This document shows positions 53,020 to 63,933 of a stretch of 64,000 nt of DNA, piece by piece (the stretch's first letter is position 1; the number at the start of each line of letters is the position of its first letter). This stretch comes from Gammaproteobacteria bacterium (lineage in GTDB: Bacteria; Pseudomonadota; Gammaproteobacteria; JABABF01): NCBI GenBank assembly GCA_965237805.1, contig OZ250153.1:1024001-1088000 (forward strand). Reading direction: 5' to 3'. The notes under the pieces were generated by a model. It searched no databases. It was not told the DNA's origin and worked only from the letters and a program-made list of their open reading frames with translations. A program made the position numbers and the translations under genes.

Positions 53020-54123
53020 TCAGGCAGCTCGCCGAGAGAGCTGCCCCTGTTGCAACTGAAAATCGCAGCGCGAATGCTGAGGCAAGAAGGGGTTGAGGTC
53101 ATCCAGCTCGATACAGCTGGCAAAGATTTGGTGCCCACTGTGCTCTAGCAGCTGACACAGGCGTTGCTTGGCATGGCGATCCAATTCGGCAGCCAAATCG
53201 TCCACCAAAAAGATGCAGCGCTTACCGCAACTTTCCAGCAACTGGCGGCCAGCAGCCAATCTCAGGGCAACTGCCAACAGCTTCAGCTGGCCGCTGGACA
53301 ATCGATCCACCGCCGTACTGCCGCGGCAATGGAAGCGCAAATCGGCGCAGTGGGGGCCGTGACGCAAATGGGCCGCTTCCCGATCCTTGGCCCAAGAGTC
53401 CTGCAGATAATCGGCTAAGGATTGGCTGCCGGGCCAGCCACGGAGGTAACGCAGGCTGATGTCGGCATCCAGTAGGCCAGTACACGTCACCGACAAAATG
53501 GCTTCAAATGCCTTCGCCCAACGCGATCGCGCGCCATCCAAAGCCGCTCCGGTCTCAACCAGCTGCTCCGCCCAGCCCGAGCGCTGCGCCTGCGCGCTGG
53601 CTTGGCTAGGTAGCCGCAACAGACGGTTGTATTGTTTCAGGCAGCGGTGATAACGGCGCCATTGCTGTAAAAATGTAGGTTCCATGTGGAACATACACCA
53701 GTCCATGAAGCGCCGCCGATCCATCGGTGCACCGCTGAGCAGGGACGCGGCGCGTGCATTGATCAGCTGTAGCGGCAACTCGGCAACCAAAGCTGCCTTG
53801 GAGCTCGGCATCTCGCCATCGATACGCACAACCGTCTCACCCCGGCGGTGGCGGCTCAGCCCCAAGTGCGTCGCCCCGCGAGCTTCGGCACCGCTTGGCT
53901 GCAATTCCGCCGACACCACGCACTGCTCTGCACCATGCCGGATCACTGGCTGCATACCGCGACCGCGCATCGGTCGACCCAGCCCTAAGAGGTAGATCGC
54001 CTCCAAAACCGAGGTTTTGCCACTGCCATTGGGGCCACAGAGCAAGTTGATGCGCTCTAAGCGATGCATCGACACCGACTGCAGATTGCGCAGATCCCGA
54101 ATCTCCAAATGGTGGAGCAGCAC
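53020..54123 (-). CDS. recF: DNA replication/repair protein RecF
   Basis: GPNGSGKTSVLEAI, RRRFMDW, GPHCADL, LSSGQLK, LVDDLAAELD. Confidence 0.95.
   Translation of the reverse strand: MLLHHLEIRDLRNLQSVSMHRLERINLLCGPNGSGKTSVLEAIYLLGLGRPMRGRGMQPVIRHGAEQCVVSAELQPSGAEARGATHLGLSRHRRGETVVRIDGEMPSSKAALVAELPLQLINARAASLLSGAPMDRRRFMDWCMFHMEPTFLQQWRRYHRCLKQYNRLLRLPSQASAQAQRSGWAEQLVETGAALDGARSRWAKAFEAILSVTCTGLLDADISLRYLRGWPGSQSLADYLQDSWAKDREAAHLRHGPHCADLRFHCRGSTAVDRLSSGQLKLLAVALRLAAGRQLLESCGKRCIFLVDDLAAELDRHAKQRLCQLLEHSGHQIFASCIELDDLNPFLPQHSRCDFQLQQGQLSRRAA
53678..53693. promoter_or_regulatory. Second (imperfect) parS site inside recF
   Basis: GGTTCCATGTGGAACA, close to TGTTCCACGTGGAACA; encodes MFHMEP. 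Confidence 0.65.
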
Positions 54124-54130
54124 CTCGGTC

Positions 54131-55315
54131 TCATATGCGCATAGGCATCAGCACATAGACGGTGTCGGAAACCTCGGCGGAGGGGTCATCCATCAAAACA
54201 CTGCTATTGCTATCAGTGGCGCTAAAGCGCACTTCATCGCCACCAAAGATCTTGTCCAAGGCATCCAATAAATAGCGCACATTGAAGCCGATTTCCAAAT
54301 CGGGGCCGTCGTATTGCACCTCCAGCAGCTCCTCCGCCTCCTCCTGCTCGGAGTTGGTGCTGTGGATGCGCAGCTCTCCGCTCATATTGTCCCCTCCGGA
54401 CTTGAACCTGAGCCGCACCCCGCCAACATCAGTGCCACAGATCACTTCCGCCCGCTCTAAGGCGCGCCGGAAAGCATCTTTGGGGATCGTCGCCCGCGGT
54501 TCGGATATTTGTGGGATCACCCGCTTGTAGTCGGGATAGTTGCCATCAATCAACTTGGAGCAAAAATAGCGGCCACCGGCTCGCACCCAGAGCGTATTGT
54601 CGTTGCAGGACAAGACGGCCTCGGTATCGCCGCCAGCATCTTCAAGCATATGGCGCAAGGCTTGCACGCTACGGCGCGGCAGGATCAGCTTGGGAGTGCC
54701 ATCGCCCTCGTCGCCCCCCATCTGTTGCTTCGAACCAGCATCGACTGTCGTTTGGCGGCGGCACATGGCGAGCCGATGCCCGTCTGTCGCCACCGCACGC
54801 AATTCCCCAGTGCCATCTTGATCCCCCACCTCCAACAACAAGCCGGTGAGGTAGTAACGCACATCCTGTTGCGCGATGGCGAACTCCGTCTGCGCGATCA
54901 GGCGCACCAAATCACGGCAGGGCAAGCGCAGTGATATGGTGGGCTCACCCGGATCGATCAGCGGAAAGTCCTCGGCAGGGAGCACGGCCAGCTTGTAGCG
55001 GCTACGGCCAGCGCGTAGCAAGGCACTATCCTTGCCGTCGAAATCCAGCTCGATACCGCAGCGATCTGGCAGCCTTTTGCAGATATCTAGCAGTTTTCTT
55101 GCTGGCACGGTGAACTTGCCTGAGGCTTCTTGAGAGAGCTCGGCAACGTGACTCATCTCCACCTCGGTGTCGGTGGCGCTCAGGCTGAGGCCTTTTTCTG
55201 GATCCAGGTCTAGCAGCACATGTGAGAGTATCGGCTGGGTGCTCTTGCGCTCGACCACGCGGCTGACCAAAGATAGCGGTGCGATCAAAGCCTCTCGGTT
55301 CAGTTTGATTTTCAT
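54131..55315 (-). CDS. dnaN: DNA polymerase III beta clamp
   Basis: ATDTE, QDVRYYLTG, VATDGHRL, SKLIDGNYPDY, GFNVRYL, VLMPMRI. Confidence 0.97.
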   Translation of the reverse strand: MKIKLNREALIAPLSLVSRVVERKSTQPILSHVLLDLDPEKGLSLSATDTEVEMSHVAELSQEASGKFTVPARKLLDICKRLPDRCGIELDFDGKDSALLRAGRSRYKLAVLPAEDFPLIDPGEPTISLRLPCRDLVRLIAQTEFAIAQQDVRYYLTGLLLEVGDQDGTGELRAVATDGHRLAMCRRQTTVDAGSKQQMGGDEGDGTPKLILPRRSVQALRHMLEDAGGDTEAVLSCNDNTLWVRAGGRYFCSKLIDGNYPDYKRVIPQISEPRATIPKDAFRRALERAEVICGTDVGGVRLRFKSGGDNMSGELRIHSTNSEQEEAEELLEVQYDGPDLEIGFNVRYLLDALDKIFGGDEVRFSATDSNSSVLMDDPSAEVSDTVYVLMPMRI

Positions 55316-55413
55316 GAATTTGCCCCTTTCGTCATCAGGCTAGAGTACGGGCAACGGGCAGGCCACCTCCAACAGTGACTCGCCTGTCGGCTCCGGATCG
55401 ACCACTACCGCCG

Positions 55414-56760
55414 CTAGGTCGTCAATTCTCGCAACAGGTATTCGTAATCGCTGTTCAGTTGCGCTTCCGCCTGCCGCAACTGCTCTATTCTACGACATGC
55501 GTAGATCACTGTGGAGTGATCCCGACCGCCAAAGGCGTGACCGATCTCCGGCAAACTGCCGGGTGTCAATTCCTTGCACAAGGCCATCGCGATATGGCGC
55601 GGTCTGACGATGCGGCGCTCGCGCTGGCTGGATTCCAGCTGGCTGACCCGCAGCTTGTAATAACCAGCCACCGCCTGCTTGATCTCCTCTGGCCCGATGC
55701 GGCGCTGGTGCAGGGCGAAGAGATCCAACAGCGCCAAGCGTACGGTGTCGTCGTCTATCGCTTGCTGGCCGCTGAATTCCACGTAGGCGTAGAGGCGGTT
55801 GAGCGCCCCCTCCAATTCGCGCACATTGGAATTGATCCGCTGCGCGATGAGCATCGCCGCAGCCGCCGTCAGCTGGGGCTCTCTGCCTTCGGCCTTGCGC
55901 ATCAGAATCGCAGCCCGCGTCTCCATATCTGGCGGTTCAACCACCACCGTGATACCCCAACCAAAACGCGATTTCAGGCGCCCCTGAAGGCCGTCAACCT
56001 CGCGCGGATAGCGGTCGCAAGTGGCGATCAGTTGGCAGCCTTGTTCGTGCAAGGCGTTGATGGTGTAGAACACCTCTTCCTGGCAGCGCTCCTTGCCCGC
56101 CAAAAATTGGATATCGTCCATCAACAGCACATCGGGCGTGCGGTAATGATGTTTGAACTCGGCCATTTCGTGGCTGCGGATCGCGCGCACCATCTCGTTG
56201 ACAAAGCTCTCGGTGGAGCAGTAGACAATGCGGAAATCGTGGTCGGTGCTGTCCCCGCGCAGGGCATTGCCCACCGCCTGCATCAGATGGGTCTTACCCA
56301 AGCCCACGCCACCGCAGATAACCAGCGGATTATGCTGGTTGTCCCCAGGCCGATGCGCCACCCGCTGAGCCGTGGCCTTGGCGAGGCGGTTGGAGGCCCC
56401 CTCGACAAAGTTTTGGAAGCTGAATTCGGGGCGCAACAAAATGGGCGTATCGCGCTCCCTGCCGCGACTGGATACTGGCGCTTTGAGAGGCTCTTGATGT
56501 CCCGGTTCGTCATAGCCCAAGATACCCAGCTGCACCGAGATGCTGGCAGCGCCAGCTTGGGCCAGCGCTTCTTGAATGTGTTCCATATAGTTCTTCGCCA
56601 CCCAGTCGCGCAACGCGGCGTTGGGGGCGAGCAGCTGCAAGCTGTCCGGAGCACTCGATAGCGGTACCAAGGCATGCAAAAAAGCATCGTAACGCGCTGG
56701 TGTCACCAAATCCCGCAACCGGCTACGGCAATCATTCCAACAGTCTACAGCACCAATCAT
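55414..56760 (-). CDS. dnaA: Chromosomal replication initiator
   Basis: NFVEGASN, GGVGLGKTHL, DDIQF, RLKSRF, NVRELEGAL, GGRDHSTVIYA. Confidence 0.98.
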   Translation of the reverse strand: MIGAVDCWNDCRSRLRDLVTPARYDAFLHALVPLSSAPDSLQLLAPNAALRDWVAKNYMEHIQEALAQAGAASISVQLGILGYDEPGHQEPLKAPVSSRGRERDTPILLRPEFSFQNFVEGASNRLAKATAQRVAHRPGDNQHNPLVICGGVGLGKTHLMQAVGNALRGDSTDHDFRIVYCSTESFVNEMVRAIRSHEMAEFKHHYRTPDVLLMDDIQFLAGKERCQEEVFYTINALHEQGCQLIATCDRYPREVDGLQGRLKSRFGWGITVVVEPPDMETRAAILMRKAEGREPQLTAAAAMLIAQRINSNVRELEGALNRLYAYVEFSGQQAIDDDTVRLALLDLFALHQRRIGPEEIKQAVAGYYKLRVSQLESSQRERRIVRPRHIAMALCKELTPGSLPEIGHAFGGRDHSTVIYACRRIEQLRQAEAQLNSDYEYLLRELTT

Positions 56761-56967
56761 TACTCTCACCACCCAGCATCTCGATGCAGCTGTTTAAAAA
56801 AGAGCTGGCAGCCCAAGCAACCCGCCATCTGCGCTATTCTAAACCCCTTTAAAGCATTTGTCCAGCAATGAAAATACTATTTATAGTCAATGGCTTATCA
56901 TTTTCCAGCCCGATGATGTCAGCGCGGGGCGCAGCGACGAGGCCCAAGCGGGCACCATCTTGCATAG

Positions 56968-57014
56968 TGTGCATAACTTGTTGTCAAAAAGGTATCGCCA
57001 ACAAGTTATGCACA
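56968..57014. promoter_or_regulatory. 16-bp inverted repeat carrying two DnaA-box-like 9-mers (TTATGCACA) in the dnaA-rpmH spacer
   Basis: TGTGCATAACTTGTTG (56968-56983), 15-nt spacer, CAACAAGTTATGCACA (56999-57014). Confidence 0.75.
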
Positions 57015-57296
57015 TACTTTGCGCTTTTAAAAGCATCTCTAAACCACTGTTATTGCAATAAAATATAGGGTGCCCTAGGCGATTTTCAACCAGTGGCTAG
57101 GGCCATTATGGGCCCCGCAGTGCCGTGCTCTCAGACGCACCCGCCGATGCCTAGGCCATGCCATCCAGCGGTGCCGCCGTGCGGTGTAGCACAGCGCATC
57201 GTGCTACAATAAAGGGCTGCAAGAACGCGTGGCATGGCGGCGCATAGTCAGCGCCAACGCCCGGCAATGGCAGGCTAAGAAGCATCGGCTCAGCGC

Positions 57297-57431
57297 ATGA
57301 AAAGAACCTTCCAAAACAGCGTCGTCCGCCGCAAGCGCACCCACGGCTTCAGGGCGCGGATGGCCACCAAGCGTGGTCGGCAAGTCCTAAATCGGCGTCG
57401 ACGCAAGGGGCGGCGGCGGCTCAGCGTTTGA
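57297..57431 (+). CDS. rpmH: 50S ribosomal protein L34 (below the ORF-track size cut-off)
   Basis: Manual translation [44 protein letters not shown]. Confidence 0.97.
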   Translation: MKRTFQNSVVRRKRTHGFRARMATKRGRQVLNRRRRKGRRRLSV

Positions 57432-57838
57432 ACCCCCGCACCCAGCGGGCCATGCGTTTCGGCTTCGCCAAGGAGTTGCGACTCCTACAGGGTGCTGATT
57501 TCCAACGCGTCTTCGGCGACAAGCCCTGCCAATTCCGTGCCAACGGCATCATGCTCTTCGCCACCCCCAACCAGCTGGGCCGCCCACGGCTGGGTTTGAT
57601 CGTCGGGCGCAAAGCCTGCGCCAGGTCAGTGGGACGCAACCGCATCAAGCGCCTGACACGGGAATCCTTCCGCCTCCACCAAGCCCTGTTGGGCAGCAAC
57701 GACATTATCGCGCTGGCGCGCCGCGGGCAGCAGCGCCCAGCGACAGCCAAGCTGCGGCAAAAATTGGATGAGGCTTGGCCTCAGCTGGCACAAAAGCTGA
57801 GCACTAGGCGCAACGCAAAGGAGCCGGGAACACAGTGA
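57428..57838 (+). CDS. rnpA: Ribonuclease P protein component
   Basis: [30 protein letters not shown] (RNR motif). Confidence 0.95.
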   Translation: MNPRTQRAMRFGFAKELRLLQGADFQRVFGDKPCQFRANGIMLFATPNQLGRPRLGLIVGRKACARSVGRNRIKRLTRESFRLHQALLGSNDIIALARRGQQRPATAKLRQKLDEAWPQLAQKLSTRRNAKEPGTQ

Positions 57839-58074
57839 AACGGCTCAGTGCCACCGTGCGGCTGTTGATCGCACTGGTGCGCGGCTACCGGCTACTGGTA
57901 GCACGCCCGATCCCGGCCTGCCGTTTTCATCCCAGCTGCTCGCACTATATGGAGGAGGCCCTGCGCCGATATGGCGCTTGGCGCGGGCTGTGGCTGGGCC
58001 TGCAACGGCTGGCGCGATGCCATCCTTGGCACCGAGGGGGCTTGGACCCTGTCCCCCAAACCCCGCCACACTGA
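57835..58074 (+). CDS. yidD: Membrane protein insertion efficiency factor
   Basis: CRFHPSCSHY, RCHPW.GG.DPVP. Confidence 0.95.
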   Translation: MKRLSATVRLLIALVRGYRLLVARPIPACRFHPSCSHYMEEALRRYGAWRGLWLGLQRLARCHPWHRGGLDPVPQTPPH

Positions 58075-58089
58075 GCGGCTCAGACGACG

Positions 58090-59805
58090 GTGAACAGGCA
58101 ACGCGCCATATTGCTGAGCTGCATCCTCGCAGTTGCGCTACTGCTATTGATACGTTGGGGCGAATTCCAACACCAAGAGGCGCAGCGGGCACGCCACGCC
58201 ACCCCAATAGCGGGCGACGCGGCAGCGCAACAACAACCGACACCGGCCGTCGCCGAGACCTTGCCAACGCCAGCTGATATCCCTTCGGCACCGGCGGCGA
58301 TGGCCGCCAGCGACCGCCAACAGCCACCAGCCCCCGTTGCTGGCGGCGAGTTCATCGACATCCAAACCGAACAGCTCCAACTGCGGGTCTCGCTACACGG
58401 TGGCGACATCCTCCACGCAGAACTGCCGCGCTATCTCACCACCTTAGCAAGTGATCAGGCTTTCGCGCTACTGGAACAAAGCCCGGTGCGTCATTACATC
58501 GCACGCAGCGGTCTAGTCGGCGCACAGGGCACCGACCGCAGCGATGGTAGCCGGCCGCTGTTCAGCACCGCCGACAACCGACGCCACTTCGACTTCGCCG
58601 AGGGTGAGGATACATTGCAGGTCGAACTGCTGTACAGCGACCCACTCGGGGCCTCCATCACCAAGCGCCTGAGCTTGGAGCGCGGCAGCTATCTGATGCG
58701 GATCGACTATCTCATCGACAACCGCGGCCAGCAGCCGTGGAGCGCGGCACTCTACGGCCAATTCCAGCGCGATGGCAGCCCCGACCCCCAAGCGGCGAGC
58801 GGCAGTTTCCAACCGGCCGCCTTTCTCGGCTTCGCGCTACACACCGAAGACAAGCCCTATCTCAAATTCGATCTCGACGAGCTCGATAAAAAGACGGTCG
58901 ATCTATCGCTACAGGGGAGTTGGCTGGCACTGGTGCAGCACTATTTCCTAAGCGCGTGGATTCCTGCTGACGACATTGAGGCGCGCTACCAGTTGCGACG
59001 CAGTCAACGCACATCCAATCTGTATCTCGGCAACTTCGCCACCCCCCCGATTTCGGTCTTGCCAGGGGAGCGTGCCACCATAGGTGTCCAGCTGTACATG
59101 GGCCCCAAAAATGCCGACCAATTAAAAGAAATCTCCGAGGGCTTGCAATACACCGTCGATTATGGCTGGTTGTTCTGGCTGGCTCGGCCGCTATTTATTG
59201 TGCTGGTGAAATTGCATGAGTGGACGGGCAATTGGGGTCTGTCGATCATCCTGTTGACATTGATCGTCAAGCTGCTATTTTTCCGCCTCTCTTCCATCGG
59301 ATTCAGGTCGATGGCAAGAATGCGCAACTTACAGCCACGCATGGAAGAGCTGCGCCGCCTACACGGTGAAGATCGGCAAAAGCTATCACAAGAAATGATG
59401 GCACTTTACCGGCGCGAGAAAATAAACCCGATGGGTGGCTGCCTGCCGATTTTGGTGCAAATGCCAGTATTCTTAGCACTCTACTGGGTTTTGCTCGAAA
59501 GCGTTGAATTGCGCCACGCGCCGTTTATTTTTTGGATTCAGGACTTGGCTTCCAAAGATCCGTTCTATATCCTGCCACTGCTGATGGGCGCATCCATGGT
59601 CTTGCAACAGCGGCTCGGCCCACAACCACCAGATGCGAACATGGCTTTTGTCATGCGCTGGATGCCAGTGGTATTCACCATTTTCTTCCTGTTTTTCCCG
59701 TCCGGACTGGTGCTGTATTGGCTGAGCAACAACTTGCTCTCCATCACGCAGCAATCGTGGCTGAACTGGCAAATCAACAAAGAGGGGAAACGTGCTGAGC
59801 GCTGA
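58090..59805 (+). CDS. yidC: Membrane protein insertase
   Basis: VDYGWL, GNWGLSII, NPMGGCLP, ELRHAPF..WIQDL, PSGLVLYW. Confidence 0.97.
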   Translation: MNRQRAILLSCILAVALLLLIRWGEFQHQEAQRARHATPIAGDAAAQQQPTPAVAETLPTPADIPSAPAAMAASDRQQPPAPVAGGEFIDIQTEQLQLRVSLHGGDILHAELPRYLTTLASDQAFALLEQSPVRHYIARSGLVGAQGTDRSDGSRPLFSTADNRRHFDFAEGEDTLQVELLYSDPLGASITKRLSLERGSYLMRIDYLIDNRGQQPWSAALYGQFQRDGSPDPQAASGSFQPAAFLGFALHTEDKPYLKFDLDELDKKTVDLSLQGSWLALVQHYFLSAWIPADDIEARYQLRRSQRTSNLYLGNFATPPISVLPGERATIGVQLYMGPKNADQLKEISEGLQYTVDYGWLFWLARPLFIVLVKLHEWTGNWGLSIILLTLIVKLLFFRLSSIGFRSMARMRNLQPRMEELRRLHGEDRQKLSQEMMALYRREKINPMGGCLPILVQMPVFLALYWVLLESVELRHAPFIFWIQDLASKDPFYILPLLMGASMVLQQRLGPQPPDANMAFVMRWMPVVFTIFFLFFPSGLVLYWLSNNLLSITQQSWLNWQINKEGKRAER

Positions 59806-61156
59806 CCCGGAAACCATCGCCGCCATTGCGACCCCCCCGGGCCGGGGAGGCATTGGCATCATTCGCATTTCCGGGCCGCTGAGCCGCCGCATTGCCGAAC
59901 AAATACTGGGCTGCTTGCCCGCGCCGCGTTATGCCCACTACGGGCCTCTGTGCGATGCCGACGGCAATCGTTTGGACTTTGGCATCGCATTATTTTTCCC
60001 GGCACCCAACTCCGTCACCGGTGAAGATGTGCTGGAGCTGCACGCACACGGCGGCCCGGTGCTACTGGACATGCTGGTGGAGGCCGCACTTACCACCGGT
60101 GCCCGTCCCGCCAAACCGGGAGAGTTCTCCGAGCGCGCTTTCCTCAACGGCAAAATCGACTTGTCGCAAGCCGAGGCGGTCGCCGATCTGATCGACGGTG
60201 AAAGCCGTGCGGCAGTCAAAAACGCAGCGCGTTCACTGGGGGGGGCTTTGTCGCGCCAAGTGGCGGCGTTGGGGTGCCAGCTGACTGCGTTGCGCACCCG
60301 CATCGAGGCGGCGCTGAACTTCGATGAAGAGGCAGATGTGCCCGGTCTGATTCCCGTCGCCGAGCTGCGTGCGGAGATCGACTCAGCGCTCAGCGATTTG
60401 GAGCGTGTGCGCAACGCCGCCGAGCGCGGCATGGCGCGGCGCGAGGCGCGGCGCGTGGTGCTGTGCGGCCATCCCAATGTTGGTAAGTCCAGTCTGTTGA
60501 ACGCGCTCTGCGGCGAGGATGCCGCCATCGTCAGCCCGCAACCCGGCACGACGAGGGATGTGGTGCGCGCCGAGCTGCAAGAATCTGGTTGCCTATTGCA
60601 GCTGGTGGACACCGCTGGCCTACACGACAGCGATGAGGATATCGAGCTGGAGAGCATGGCGCGCACCCGACGGGCCTTGGCCGATGCCGATCACATCCTT
60701 CAGGTGGTCGATTCCAGCGCACCGCCAGTACCCGCATTGGGGGTGCCCATACTGGGCGATCAAAGCTCGCTGAGCATCGTCGAAAACAAATGCGACCTCA
60801 GCGGGGCTCGGTCGGGACTCGTTCAGGATGATAGCGACTTGGAACGAATCCGCGTCTCCGCCCTACGCGGTGACGGCATCGATGAGCTGCGGGCGCTGTT
60901 AGCACGCCAAAGCCGGGGACACAGCGTCACCGAAGGGGAGTTCAGTGCCCGACGACGCCATGTGGAATGTATGGAGCGGGTGGCTGACAGCCTACAGCGA
61001 GCGCGGTCCTTGGCGCAGCTGGATAGTCAGCTGCCAGAGGAAGAAATTGCCGAGTGGCTCGCCACCGCGCATCGGCAGTTGGGAGAGATCGCTGGCGAGT
61101 TTGACGACGAGGCCCTGTTGGGGGAGATCTTCTCTCGCTTCTGCGTGGGTAAATAA
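59792..61156 (+). CDS. mnmE: tRNA modification GTPase
   Basis: TIAAIATPPGRGGIG, GEFSERAFLNGK, GHPNVGKSS, GTTRD, DTAG, FCVGK. Confidence 0.97.
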   Translation: MLSADPETIAAIATPPGRGGIGIIRISGPLSRRIAEQILGCLPAPRYAHYGPLCDADGNRLDFGIALFFPAPNSVTGEDVLELHAHGGPVLLDMLVEAALTTGARPAKPGEFSERAFLNGKIDLSQAEAVADLIDGESRAAVKNAARSLGGALSRQVAALGCQLTALRTRIEAALNFDEEADVPGLIPVAELRAEIDSALSDLERVRNAAERGMARREARRVVLCGHPNVGKSSLLNALCGEDAAIVSPQPGTTRDVVRAELQESGCLLQLVDTAGLHDSDEDIELESMARTRRALADADHILQVVDSSAPPVPALGVPILGDQSSLSIVENKCDLSGARSGLVQDDSDLERIRVSALRGDGIDELRALLARQSRGHSVTEGEFSARRRHVECMERVADSLQRARSLAQLDSQLPEEEIAEWLATAHRQLGEIAGEFDDEALLGEIFSRFCVGK

Positions 61157-61394
61157 TGCAAAAACCGTGCAAAGCTTGGGCATAAAACAAAACTCCACAA
61201 ATCGTTTACTGGTCATGCTCGACATTCTCCCCCAGACCCGGTATGCCAAAACACCGCCAGCAGTGGTCAAACGCCAACTTTTCATGTTTTTCACACCCCC
61301 TATTACTACTACTACCTAAAACAATTTATGGTTATTCATAATAAGATGCCGGATATAATTATCAGCAGTCCCATCTGCGTCGAGGCTCGCCTGC
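61157..61394. other. Probable chromosomal replication origin (oriC) core
   Basis: AT-rich mnmE-mnmG spacer; TTTTTCACA box 61287-61295, CCCCC, TATTACTACTACTAC DnaA-trios 61301-61315, AT-rich tract, TTATTCATA 61332-61340. Confidence 0.75.
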
Positions 61395-61400
61395 GTGGCT

Positions 61401-63281
61401 ATGCACGAGGAGTTTGATGTCATCGTCGTCGGCGGTGGCCACGCCGGAGTCGAAGCAGCGCTGGCCGCAGCCCGTTGCAATGTGCGTACTTTGTTGCTCA
61501 GCCACAGCTTGGACACTATCGGCCAGATGTCTTGCAATCCTGCGATTGGCGGCATCGGCAAGAGCCACTTGGTACGTGAGATCGATGCTTTGGACGGTGC
61601 CATGGCGTTGGCGGCAGATCGGGCTGGCATCCACTTTCGGGTGCTCAATGCCAGTCGCGGCCCGGCTGTGCGGGCGACGCGTGCTCAGACCGACCGCGAT
61701 TTGTACCGGTGCGCCATCCGCAGCGCAGTCGATGCCCAAGCCAATCTTCACTGTTTACAACAGGCAGTGATCGATCTGCATTGGCAGGGAGGCACGGTTT
61801 GCGGTGTCGAAACCGACTCTGGGCTGTCCTTTGGTGCCCGCACGGTGGTATTGACCACCGGCACCTTCCTCAACGGCCGTATCCACACCGGTCGCCAGAG
61901 CAGCTCAGCCGGGCGCGCTGGCCACGCCGCCTCGAATCGTCTGGCAGATCGCCTACGCGAAGCAGCTCAGGGGGTGGGCCGACTGAAGACAGGCACACCA
62001 CCACGTTTGGTGGCCGCTACCGTTGATTTGTCACGTATGGTCGAGCAACCCGGCGACAGCCCAGCTCCATTGATGTCCTTCCTCGGCCGTGTCGAGGATC
62101 ACCCGCCGGAGCGCTCTTGCCACATCACCGCCACCACCCCGGCCACCCACAGCCTAATCCGCGCCCACCTGCACGAATCGCCGATGTACAGCGGTGCCAT
62201 CGAAGGGGTCGGGCCACGCTACTGCCCATCAATAGAAGACAAGGTGGAGCGTTTCGCCGACCGTGACGCACACCAAGTCTTCATCGAGCCCGAAGGCCTG
62301 CACTCAGGCGAGCTCTATCCCAACGGTATTTCCACTTCACTGCCCTTTGCTGTCCAAGAGTCGATGGTGCGCACCATTCCAGGTTTGGAGCGCGCGCGCA
62401 TCAGTCGCCCCGGCTACGCTGTGGAGTACGACTACTTCAACCCGTGCAGCTTGCACCCTTGGCTGGAGCATCAACAGCTGCCGGGGCTGTTCTTTGCTGG
62501 CCAGATCAATGGCACCACTGGTTATGAGGAGGCGGCGGCCCAAGGTCTGTTGGCCGGGCTCAACGCCGCCCAACGCGTACGCGGACAAGAGCCTTGGTAC
62601 CCGCGCCGAGATGAGGCCTATCTCGGCGTGCTGGTGGACGATCTCAGCCGGCGCGGAGTGACTGAGCCCTATCGCATGTTCACCAGTCGCGCCGAGCACC
62701 GCCTGCTGCTGCGTGAAGACAATGCCGATGCGCGTCTGACGCCAGTCGGTCGACAGATGGGCTTGGTCGGCGAGCGGCGCTGGCGCAGCTTCGGGCGCAA
62801 AACCGAGTGTCTGCAGGGCGAGCTGCAACGCCTTCGCACACGGCGTGTGCGACCGGAGGATGCCTTGGCCCAAGCTTTGTCGCCCACGCTCAGCGCGCCG
62901 CTGCGCCAAACACGCTCGCTGGCCGAGCTGCTGCGCCGCCCCGAGCTGAGCTATCGCCAGCTGCGCACGGTGGACGGCGACTGTGTCGACGACGATCTGT
63001 TGGCCGCACGCGTTGAAGCCGAGTTCAAATACGAGGGCTATATCCGCCATCAGCAGGTCGAAGTGCAACGTCAAGAACGCCGGGCTGGACAGCGCTTGCC
63101 CACGCAGCTGGATTATGCGGAGGTGCGCGGCCTGTCCACTGAGGCACGGCAACAGCTGCAGGCCGTGCGCCCGCACACCATCGGCCAAGCCACACGCACC
63201 CCCGGTGTGACACCTGCGGCGATTTCCCTACTACTCGTCCACCTGCGCAAGATCGGAGCCCGAGGCGACCGTGCTGCCTGA
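61401..63281 (+). CDS. mnmG: tRNA uridine-5-carboxymethylaminomethyl enzyme MnmG (GidA)
   Basis: [56 protein letters not shown]. Confidence 0.98.
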   Translation: MHEEFDVIVVGGGHAGVEAALAAARCNVRTLLLSHSLDTIGQMSCNPAIGGIGKSHLVREIDALDGAMALAADRAGIHFRVLNASRGPAVRATRAQTDRDLYRCAIRSAVDAQANLHCLQQAVIDLHWQGGTVCGVETDSGLSFGARTVVLTTGTFLNGRIHTGRQSSSAGRAGHAASNRLADRLREAAQGVGRLKTGTPPRLVAATVDLSRMVEQPGDSPAPLMSFLGRVEDHPPERSCHITATTPATHSLIRAHLHESPMYSGAIEGVGPRYCPSIEDKVERFADRDAHQVFIEPEGLHSGELYPNGISTSLPFAVQESMVRTIPGLERARISRPGYAVEYDYFNPCSLHPWLEHQQLPGLFFAGQINGTTGYEEAAAQGLLAGLNAAQRVRGQEPWYPRRDEAYLGVLVDDLSRRGVTEPYRMFTSRAEHRLLLREDNADARLTPVGRQMGLVGERRWRSFGRKTECLQGELQRLRTRRVRPEDALAQALSPTLSAPLRQTRSLAELLRRPELSYRQLRTVDGDCVDDDLLAARVEAEFKYEGYIRHQQVEVQRQERRAGQRLPTQLDYAEVRGLSTEARQQLQAVRPHTIGQATRTPGVTPAAISLLLVHLRKIGARGDRAA

Positions 63282-63930
63282 GCCCGGGGGTGCCGTCCCC
63301 GCCGATGCCCGCGCCACCTTGCGAGCTGGTCTGCGCGCATTGCAATTGGGCGATGACGATCGCCTTGAGCGCGGTTTGTTCGACTACGCCCAGCTGCTAC
63401 ATCGCTGGAATCGGCGCTACGCGCTCAGCGGTGCGCGCGAGTTGCCGGAGCTGATATCACGCCATCTACTCGACAGTTTGACTCTGCACAGCCACTTGGG
63501 TGCCCCCCACCACTGGCTCGATGTCGGCAGTGGTGCCGGCTTGCCGGGCTTGCCGCTGGCGCTGGCCAGTCCCTTGCGGCACTTCACTTTGTTGGATCGC
63601 TCGCTCAACAAGGCCCGTTTCCTGCGCCAAGCCAAGTTGGAGCTGGGCATTGACAATATCAGCGTGGCGCACACCGAGCTGCGCAGCTTCGACCCACAGC
63701 CCCCACCCGAGGGCATCTTGGCCCGCGCCGTCATGCCGCTGTCGGTGTTGTTGAGCAAACTGCGTCATCTCTGTCGCGGCGGCACCCGCCTGTTGTTGCC
63801 CCACGGGCGCTACCCGGCGGCGGCACTGCGCTCGCTGCCAGCCGCCTTCCACCTGCTGGGTTGCCCCCGAGTCGCCTTGCCAGGGGTGCGTGTCGAGCGG
63901 CATGTGCTCATTCTGGAAGGGCGAGGCTGA
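63271..63930 (+). CDS. rsmG: 16S rRNA m7G527 methyltransferase RsmG (GidB)
   Basis: [25 protein letters not shown]. Confidence 0.94.
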   Translation: MLPEPGGAVPADARATLRAGLRALQLGDDDRLERGLFDYAQLLHRWNRRYALSGARELPELISRHLLDSLTLHSHLGAPHHWLDVGSGAGLPGLPLALASPLRHFTLLDRSLNKARFLRQAKLELGIDNISVAHTELRSFDPQPPPEGILARAVMPLSVLLSKLRHLCRGGTRLLLPHGRYPAAALRSLPAAFHLLGCPRVALPGVRVERHVLILEGRG

Positions 63931-63933
63931 GCG

